From: Candidatus Fokinia solitaria
Lineage (GTDB): Bacteria > Pseudomonadota > Alphaproteobacteria > Rickettsiales > Midichloriaceae
Direction: 5' to 3'
Length of the DNA: 32,000 nucleotides
Assembly (NCBI RefSeq): GCF_003072485.1
Contig: NZ_CP025989.1
Location: 540,001-572,000 of the forward strand
The position numbers and the translations under genes are program-made. Positions within the stretch are counted from its first letter, which is position 1. The number at the start of each line of letters is the position of its first letter. The notes below the pieces were generated by a model that worked only from the letters and a program-made list of their open reading frames with translations, made no database searches and was not told the DNA's origin. Positions 19,401 to 21,354 of this stretch are shown here, piece after piece.

Positions 19401-21050
19401 CTTCGAATGAGAAGCAGTATTCTTAATAAATACACATCGTAATTCTGCATTAAAAACTTCTATACCAGCCTTCTCACATAATTGACGATAGAAATCTCTA
19501 TAACGCTCTTCATCACCTTCCTTCCTATTACTAACCTCTCTTTCATCTTCAGTAATATAATGAATAAGCTCTTCATCACTTTGCTTTTTACTCTCAACAT
19601 CCTCTCTCCTACCAACATTCTCTCTTCTTTTATTATCAGCACTTTCATTAGTAATATCTAATTCAAATAAACTTGTAATAAAGCTCTCAGACATTAGCGA
19701 TATTTCTTCTGTTTTCGCAGTAAAGAAAGGAATTTTTGAATGAGGCGATTTAGAGGAATAACATCCATCACCACAGTGAGTACTAGCGCTCTTAAGCTCT
19801 ATAACAGGCTGACCATTATTCTCTGTAACATAATACGCAGTATAATGATCATCTTTAGTAAACATGATAATCAACTTGCTATCATTACCTACATTGATAT
19901 TTAAAGTCCAAGCAATAGCGGTATGATCACTTTGCTCTACCACTTTAACAATATAGTAATCGCTTAATTTTACAGAACTATCCTTTTTAAAATCTTCAAG
20001 TGCACTTTTTATAAATTCTCGATATTCAATATCTTGAAAATATAATTCAATTGAAGCACCTTTTCTCTTCAGCCGAGGTAATGACAATAATTGAGAAGGT
20101 TTAAAATCATGAGTAGTAAAATCTAATTTTTCATCAACAAAATACACGTCGGACAAAGAGATATTATAGCCAAAGAATTCTTGATCCTTTCCTTTTTTTA
20201 TCGCCTCCCAAAAAGCAAAATTCCACAAATTTTCTACATCATCCTTGAAACTTCCTAAAGAATCATATTCTCGATCATATGCTGTTATAACTTCATCATC
20301 TTTTATTGAAGTTGCTACTATCGTAAACTTCTCTTTATCGTTTCGAGAAAAGATTAAATACAAATCCTTCGAAATTTCTGTGCTAAGTCTAACTGCTATA
20401 AAATTAGCTTCAATACTTGAAAATATATAATGCGATACAGATTTGAGCGACTTCTTAATATCTAATTCTTTAGCAATTTCAGTAATAATATCATTTTTTG
20501 GCAGTGGCTCTTTCTGCATATTCCCTCCTTCTATCATATTTACATCTAAAGCCTCTGCTTCTACATATTTAAGCGAAACACCTTCAAAAACCATCTTAGG
20601 AAGATAAGAAGGGATTCGGCCAATATCGCCTTTTCCTCTTACTTCTAAGAGCTCCTGCTGATTAAATTCTTTTATCAATTCCGCGTATGTAGCGTCAAAA
20701 TCTTTTGCATATTTTAGCAAGAACGCCTGTTCGATCTTCTCTTCACTCGCATAGTACGGTGCAATATTCTTTTTTCCGATTTCTACTATAAAGTACCCAT
20801 GCTCATCACGAGCAATCGCGTAGTACGATTCTTTAAATCCGCTACTAGTCTTATTTTCATCTTTAGATTTGCTACTCTCATCTATATATTTCACAAACTT
20901 CACATCTTCTTCCGGAAGAGAATCCATCGTAAAATTCACCCCTCTTTCTTCATATCGCTCTTTAAGTTTCTTCAAAAGCGAATCACTAAAAGGTAATTTT
21001 CTCAAATGTTCATCACCAAAAGAAGAGTCATTCTTCGTATGCTGTGTCAT
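1..21050 (-). CDS. Giant protein of unrecognised family, with at least 7,016 codons inside the window; its C-terminus lies beyond the left edge
   Basis: The start is ATG at 21050-21048 (reverse complement), with an in-frame upstream TGA at 21101-21099. Hand translation begins MTQHTKNDSSFGDEHLR. Minus-strand codons occupy plus positions 3n..3n+2. I checked this frame by hand and found it stop-free at 3-59, 5040-5081, 10500-10559, 15000-15041, 17571-17639, 18000-18191, 18600-18719, 19008-19046, 19302-19349, 19740-19928 and 21000-21050. Any in-frame stop inside the window would create a complete ORF of 60 aa or more starting at 21050. The track would list such an ORF, and it does not. The only minus-strand ORFs listed in this span (18953..19147, 19460..19648) are in a different frame. 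Confidence 0.88.
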   Translation of the reverse strand, partial: MTQHTKNDSSFGDEHLRKLPFSDSLLKKLKERYEERGVNFTMDSLPEEDVKFVKYIDESSKSKDENKTSSGFKESYYAIARDEHGYFIVEIGKKNIAPYYASEEKIEQAFLLKYAKDFDATYAELIKEFNQQELLEVRGKGDIGRIPSYLPKMVFEGVSLKYVEAEALDVNMIEGGNMQKEPLPKNDIITEIAKELDIKKSLKSVSHYIFSSIEANFIAVRLSTEISKDLYLIFSRNDKEKFTIVATSIKDDEVITAYDREYDSLGSFKDDVENLWNFAFWEAIKKGKDQEFFGYNISLSDVYFVDEKLDFTTHDFKPSQLLSLPRLKRKGASIELYFQDIEYREFIKSALEDFKKDSSVKLSDYYIVKVVEQSDHTAIAWTLNINVGNDSKLIIMFTKDDHYTAYYVTENNGQPVIELKSASTHCGDGCYSSKSPHSKIPFFTAKTEEISLMSESFITSLFELDITNESADNKRRENVGRREDVESKKQSDEELIHYITEDEREVSNRKEGDEERYRDFYRQLCEKAGIEVFNAELRCVFIKNTASHSKTTTQLYVIDDLFLISKDASGYTLYHADDNAVQLVGAVELTFNLRSFCVESKDLPTEYDMMSTDDGRRAVINFAIGHLDLEETQSIGSIDPSEFEDAANNGIFQGTEEEFISEEEFQGTEEEFISEEEFQGTEQKPTFEQESNYNITSEVGGDKNSSEFENAANNGISQGAEEKFIPEEEFQGTEEEFISEEESNYNITSEVGRYKNSSEFEDAANNGTFQDTEQKPTFEQESNYNITSEVGRYKNSSEFEDAANNGTFQDTEQKPTFEQESNYNITSEVGRYKNSSEFENAANNDTFQDTEQKPTFEQESNYNITSEVGGDENPSKFEDAANNGTFQDTEQKPTFEQESNYNHTTSEVGGDENPSEFEDAADNGISQDTQEDLIFVQKSDNERILSEIVDRSKENGKFGKFEGESFAHLIIESGTVRIIVISHSGSESGMTQNESIMHISDEEGGRGLYYIDDAGKVQHYVDDVISSKMVQFIGEPDHVLNIPRSFATNDAIISLINGMVYSEFRQSDLDDKISEIEKEKFLEDMNHFIVDVFSKKFGITVGAYKVLKYTNTVDNKDSYVIVINADSVEHAVMLFRESQDVDCYIINNGKVEKGAKVQYSENLAFTNEVNALSGKVDDFSDDVIMGFAKVADGQLSAMDLEWLMDRKPNVHVLSKEIAEILKGIGGAFILHNIKDVVCYAVSNKQLALKFSLNEYEKDERNVYLVFENNEEDFYVVFSDVANRREVKKVSDKALASSAYAVLGDLNGIVKGGVKKFLGLEISSRNTYYRKDGLFNIEDAIVVVGDEEYVKSNLFESNVTRGTVIIGDSRFSSRDFSVQHDDFYKILDSIITESTTLDISAALLQYKRVKLVIGDAEYDVFVSHLKDSGRVKHLLFVMEQKNIQLFSVDDDVVTQLYTRYNTSVVPSNIEIEDTKKYFGKVKFPNDNGSGYLYKSKLIEIATGKELSRGSDVMNSELEQYIMESEEFSAEMKSARASLFDALSSAEVTFGNLIKKEKAKEGASEFEIVLLAQLLQFLKAALDIEMYVYHKVKLASSELEKASKANLAMIQTVSDSFSEFYSTLNKGISFKGTLSGSVYRENAALFAKLFDKITSFSQYDEYLNKRIALEKKFSTLQDSSFVSSDAVNLYDVSEESLKELIALFGKNRKDASFVQSTSLKVNLEFALNGYFTGSANIENERNSVALRDLVNVLEEQSEQKILDLETLLKTISRTALNGIVIVERSGKKEMLSSTFPRKALIGEILQWAADAETFCKAIAGYTTSKISSVRQEVLKIVEKFTMEVYEFKRLEEFFKEAEFPSYKGIQAIQDLSHSSYEKDEQLRKKVDSLLKAGESELKAKCQFIIEVGQRINHLANSNIFVKDEQCISWNDATSDITFDGYFVKVKEEYLSIMIKKLQDIIITWSKKSDEFVKMKENIDEQVQYIEAKKIFEDLQEQFTTTEEEFFNKIKNHDKRHGIKYTVSHSKEAAIGNSFSDVVRTHFYGYLANVDNKVKSLLEGNWWKANKESKELYNKLIALLHKTNVDDIIGLHDEFDELVYTLQPKAIAIFDKAIDAEKSKRIKATEKLEALFIECKDEQSRCSKEDINAALGDLVTEEGVMSFSATGYITRSMIDVIQEFFTNEESEKFHRIKKIISGISNKKEIGEKLWQHVLRYPVEAEKFNIEMSNLEKAAINGTMWQSVQDALLNEKLHVEQFGDFISIEEEIFEYRKDAIQVNALLIKEAYELIKQDESLSKGVEDQHDADRIAKTLADERTSLIAQYNLVEREKELLQSIKKWKSYNMDVLGDIELRVDNVEQIHRAQMIYGSVAAADLGLSVINNFNVCMSALGEVRDRVVEDFKKAIEDTQKELISQRDKVESLRLLAVIPYSSSELHEKEKEIAALSKLLENTQEQFDIKLKEAEASLSSLMNDVFFANITKDALLITDERLKNYLEEQKATAHKVEDYESKKRELGDKIAVLKEFEETLEEVLSRSDALSIVMDKKARWYSILEERVQSGDDTLRDILQEDSLNSQEQADTLLEKIEAHVRLLNGQLGASEQSQSDNEGGVLSSILKPSSIGGSILHRKSLEELHKSISSYKAGMKDKLYAPIEVVIEKSRGELEVAQYASYIIELQDSGKLAQELDLFKKTLIKDFSATSMIAMWFQQAKGRVKQVREKFIADNKLKSAQELRQISCFSNNESLGCDSKIADVYELSEKYYKNLDIFGFATTELHEIGKELYALLRYIDDGRDVAEDTKGFNLREVISTNLRITSEHVRNHKVHIKVLEAEKSAISKWDAVFKRKVEAIERKLHKFSSEAKIEDLSSKIALSRDALDKATTAIDVKLKNLYIKVEIREWRENVVKIYAEFQKAITDISMKELFKSLKFQNFNFAPLTESNSVKLALEPFENYVSKMKEFSEYEAFETKEALKEMEALKVEMNSFISTQENQMKIAIGNIKRNYDAVEAALILEANSIRSALLASLEKYDQDVLLMERGDIIELVNKEQNKIASAFNSNKERFTALLGKIKDEIEEINYKRYVNEVAYNEDMSDSIKELITAYSNILKAKIDDLSIGSLIDNLEHSYTKLSHLQLKNEARVLLNEYQKKKAKLILDGVRSGEKNIYTTIHNEYVLVLEKVQNIQAQFEKNLKSVGNMLPDSALYQKFDVNDAIISLAREDVLISEQIAVELKNELLEQEQNLPLQLSHNLIFAELRQQILDEGRRCSGNDRESFADYIRQKCISKTIFNFSQFKKYDNGAVCDVSDVKFDSSELALYDYTGYRLHYAKEMQKVVNSFIQRKDNIDSVLSNLFDKSNADIITPAALKDLLLKKEINESEAYEVIIGIVDKAAERYSVFDITFVLSMAQRVLYDRLSRSVEDINKLIQNYSLLFTSHPSYEKEKAIFDESVQKLENAWKDSSYSKDGLILRKEVESLYSYLKEGDSASSHVWPYKSDQEICERLLLALRDKEETSDAIIQYLGKLGLSENKNLVVKEALTNWFSSDRKQVALDKLFLVLWASIDSGDRYREYIIQAEMDLVERYVKKVYSGNSAVVELVKDKAFKAIKQSQSATSKKEASKKEIQYKYDSISPEEKWMCVKISEKVTSLQNSYKAWKGNSVKVDDTLWNDPLFSTIASNVSRAALLTDLNFADKLAASKAILSDTDVANMRSEFSALEDKLIHTLPEKVMKMIKEKEQLEKILQIMKHVIQFTTAEDSSSVKAFINQVDLYISGGVATISDIYHGIVDRYKESELMILVNKSNRATIERVIKEFEQVLQAKKSDIINEAVPFLKAAVADDGSILNSTSTVLKEISNDKTNPSFNMRFEAIRDALTTDKSVVDLGKLAEGKSIINSYLDSISNEIFSFQERSKLLNSYISVLEDRQENAKILLNTLQSSIDINAVNNNWNEAAEFLQNLKQIIANGRKSNSEGLLEDLRKFVDSTYVAKDNQAGATELLKGVRELIADGEQYSESRLLKELEALVTIFNVDLQQFEEQVTKFWKDLSQNLSRGNVFVARYLKDIKGTMKKLSPITEEHRKYANSANELIESLLQELNPALVKEREMLQSLISYRDAVNGKNFIQSQEELLKYPLFKEIKSLSFYDAYEALQYQFLYNKELMQLSAYDAFNALESGQGRRNTKAEFMEVINDKANDVLFLEELPRALTGYRASATMSDTDLSIFGVTSQLSHSASFPLLQDDKNRTPADKLFAKALTSFFAVPAKDSPSIVEAVLLSTTSTNVGVRNFISDAMDNISKIYDSTIEDLAGNALTSKVSATYNTLDEWKKTLGGASLSEAEMKRFFIGARDEIYKELANFEKNARLLVEDAAEFRALSIHTAGMFGLNVTSKESKTVFQNRFVDYINLATALKKLALPGKYYSEIMRQALKFMTDAFRYLDIREVETAARGSVSFANESKDKISSIVKEVFGKDYITENDFLISIRTEVQKKITDLIHQGVVVREIENTHQIANELKVLVGYLLKYDSENSTLSENDKLQNFKTLKNIKDNYLRNNWFNKPTLDREHWWNTFTKQYRTISDSYAAGKYMSFSEIVKMAYLSMVNSKEYEKYGNELKKTYGKWHHDFDGVLNALKNSSDFSDDSDVKLEEAIERNSNSIVEAFWQNIADVVHKLGAEEFPNTESFRERLGKMIPSHFGMKDVISEFAHTIFSTYSRSDATTREKIDLFIVVVNQLSIAATGREGISINALQEAHGGKLSLQILEEKLSSIVNDLSAIKNAFTDTVIQHHSSARLFSNAVSLHVSDINKAFMAPLLEVDVEISLSQQLAAQVLTNFVSCSLRNGNIMKYQDRANSNEMQRIEALLAEMQCVEWNEIFVPEKLSKSSVKRIHDYLSEKLSNISAEQFGDISSMHAFLVKDQVLSQVFGLGALQGIFDEFKEYVTQKLDMKQADIAEMFVALLKEQYARFIVSAKESNLLEGANEIVPEYIPLQTIAFAAISERYDMKSMEDFAEKYFYYSELFPKCLAHTEASFISSSWKSENEVAVRNYCNNLLRNEGKNPDDYTEVVSLFSSAIYRIREDIGVDALIGGVYNAQIIQDIKEYVFRDGVLDFEKYALGTVENNFVRSFAAKLKKSVAIPKVEKEKIEKEVEVITKRRDSLSKSVKDFEKVQQSLGGIYATVSEYSEAKSELNNYKKHFDENTAEILKNLRTVIHLGVVRANKDIATLFKELGLGDFSIKDSSSFKAQVQKRFNKETQSVTEEVDYSLGTLTAKEPEEFKAAITSLRQKVTEQQWNILGSAIFNSYQSYKAPSAEKMIGALKSLSTYELCDIADRIGISARNQVMPDIYSFLRAFAEKIVANGEDFLEDFVLTAEEFDKIKDALEKAQVRGDDVIRNPNIDVNILDIDDEAFLKSLGDTQYRLADLLSIVAKEDNDAIEWLNDNLNNKEKEKLIRAVVASYEATDSKIGDTIGVIGRISNYLSSYFIDPSEENAIHRAALQKRLSNIQYKSEESEKNMKRDISRFIETQVEKLFSLVVEMAKHLDGDNDMVNAQDLFSLVDIMEKSLIAHEAISSDFSKEIHDAADSLKKLETVSFKVKTIWSYLRDDEPVSLMSTIYSEMKNYLHQSASAERMFIESNNKALDIKEMFVRLLEQFDVIPQRFLQLDIEQRDKSIAEYIAEREEENSDIAGTTVLRQVFSFLKLFNADSRLVSAIHKIIEDNEPSYNPKMMIGDAMIEELFSVQQRAEVIDEAIAVYDKWYSENNGNIITAAEAAENSSIIEDLDKQIAERQEKLKVLNEQLSEEIVTQNINNFNTTHINIRAEELIYGNLKDVLADKDFANILSDAKMIASYPHFIKFLDNVLLYKTNKKENSINYIKKMEDALSAFLKVCKMIASLSKYEIFNVDILKFDDIDSVAKLIAKLDLSNIQLISDEGGKTDKALQSLQSALISKLQQIKDIVSDGAAELRTLKTASIPLSEFAATDATIFAFLKNENSMAFGYSAFLSCPVEGTHGFANIAERQYPFSIELQKSSNSYNVEYLLADMNTKMSEEKAKECGIDKIPDFLKLVCEKTFPRDKDRDDKAQHGADNEYFKRLQRTEDESSAKLSVDIKNLQNLSGQLVNYIKKELQDGNIKSYEDVQSLVAKDEKYSPSIQQLISKINGDCEYATISCRTLDVNGIIANIDSAPLLAFNEHARAISIANALNDHLMKLCRAHEKDFSDGIEQELLQRVSVIERAFKVLIEQEKWRLSSEMKLFEMQKADPSNHETIDKYRSLLNELLQHRLSEKSEMEAIKYYEQSHIVQRRAEIEYLEKELKSIDKVNDVTFSSKIDDILSSFRTEYQHMQDAREYYYSYHTKQMRDTVVSQQKEFTELLSQKLAPLSLNADSSLGGSDSVTGVDSELREKLKEDVETAKTDRYNYIQLSNFAKKNGIGMHSLEMIQAVSWVYSYYNVDYRAYRTSSGDWTAKQKEDMISKSNANMNKFIAGRNLASGELDISMQKIRQLVTSMYNDDISYFRKEMEKAYALVAKSLTEYVTSYKFELKAEHSDLRTSYYMNVLKQSAAAEASRLEKFYLTDIMKVLEGHKKSLVEVERYNDVKDKYELIAKNQQKLQDGLLKPISNYESTVNYSAVREYDSAIAQCGSMLRKLENLEQKASQLSKKEETIREEIGQNKGWSGKKNEYIAFSREIESLGNTLPSGNSCEKVVPFNDERVMNYSKVLQFILQENARKIESKKQTIHTLLSNKVREMQTYLAHREHMEALDNVERLLEKSTKALNEKILKITPLIINNAIDIAVYESYVAAARDDVKNSAEYAVMKELCHNRYSDDCDEVDNRVSNFGASIIGDLRSVAMVVGSEYAEALKKLSTETELVAQRIGKLTMLEEKDIRSAEDELDSSINSINEISYGRAVTNSNNLELHKILLLELQSKFAVAKSKAIEQINNNFVMRREYVSLSKYVIFDAQNKEFRQDENVKNDIWLIVRDGFRKSMEFNVQSCLSDVRHFTEQRITMPSKYKMREKDISGMEQ
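16500..18263 (-). other. Giant protein aa ~930-1517: second block of beta-hairpin-like modules (head, part 2)
   Basis: Three stretches were translated by hand. ENGKFGKFEGESFAHLIIESGTVRIIVISHSGSESGMTQNESIM lies at 18060-18191, MHISDEEGGRGLYYIDDAGKV at 18000-18062 and SQDVDCYIINNGKVEKGAKVQYS at 17571-17639. They share the motif of an aromatic strand followed by an Asp/Asn-Gly turn seen in head part 1. Confidence 0.45.
18264..19135 (-). repeat. In-frame nested tandem-repeat array inside the giant CDS: five 117-bp units, one 120-bp variant and three 39-bp units, encoding acidic 39-aa and 13-aa repeats
   Basis: The anchor motif ag(t/c)a(t/c)ctt recurs at plus positions 18264, 18384, 18501, 18618, 18735, 18852, 18891, 19008, 19047 and 19086. 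The spacings are 120, 117, 117, 117, 117, 39, 117, 39 and 39 bp. The 39-aa unit, translated from 18600-18719, is EQESNYNITSEVGRYKNSSEFEDAANNGTFQDTEQKPTF. The 13-aa unit, from 19008-19046, is EEEFISEEEFQGT. Units 18501-18617 and 18618-18734 differ at only 2 of 117 nt. Confidence 0.92.
19136..21050 (-). other. Giant protein aa ~1-638: hydrophilic N-terminus with no Sec signal or TM segment, followed by beta-strand-like modules (head, part 1)
   Basis: Two stretches were translated by hand. DHTAIAWTLNINVGNDSKLIIMFTKDDHYTAYYVTENNGQPVI lies at 19800-19928 and ASGYTLYHADDNAVQL at 19302-19349. Both show alternating hydrophobic strands followed by Asp/Asn/Gly turns. The first 17 residues are charged or polar. 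Confidence 0.45.
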
Positions 21051-21354
21051 TGCTTTTTGCAAATGTGTATCAAAAGTATCAAGAGGATAGTACCATAATC
21101 ACCGATCTAACACATTACATTTTTTCACATTTTTCTTTACTAAAGTGCAGGTAGTGTTAATTTTAGAATAAATCGCAACTATCTAATGCATTATTTCGCT
21201 ATATAATTCGACTTCATACTTTATTCGAGCCATTAAGAAGTAGTATTTATATCACTCTCTTATCTTTCAAAAATCTCTCTATTTCAAACAAAGCAAGTTA
21301 AAAAGCATTCTGATTATGAACATCTTTTCGCATCCATATTCTTAGTATATATCA

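Noticed and set aside
18953-19648. Two minus-strand ORFs (18953..19147 and 19460..19648). The first contains a repeated LKKNLFLRKSSKV motif.
   Set aside because: Both are in a different minus-strand frame from the giant ORF. The repeated peptide is just the off-frame reading of the 39-bp tandem repeat.
106-20996. About 25 short plus-strand ORFs (61-97 aa) listed by the track across the giant-gene region.
   Set aside because: They are antisense shadow ORFs. They are short, scattered across frames, Ser/Leu/Phe/Ile/Cys-rich and low-complexity, as expected opposite Glu/Lys/Asp codons. Every one is wholly contained within the long open minus-strand frame.
1-21050. An apparent 21-kb gene desert in the ORF track. 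I first considered an alternative genetic code (TGA as Trp) or massive pseudogenisation.
   Set aside because: All other genes in the window (bamA, rseP, rpiB, brnQ, clpX) read through in the standard code. One minus-strand frame is completely open in the standard code. The track simply omits ORFs that run off the window edge, as it also does for topA.
21051-21354. A promoter or terminator call in the spacer between bamA and the giant gene.
   Set aside because: I examined several TTGxxx and TAxxxT pairs. None had both acceptable hexamers and 16-18-bp spacing, and I found no stem-loop with a T-run after the bamA stop. In this AT-rich context any call would be guesswork.
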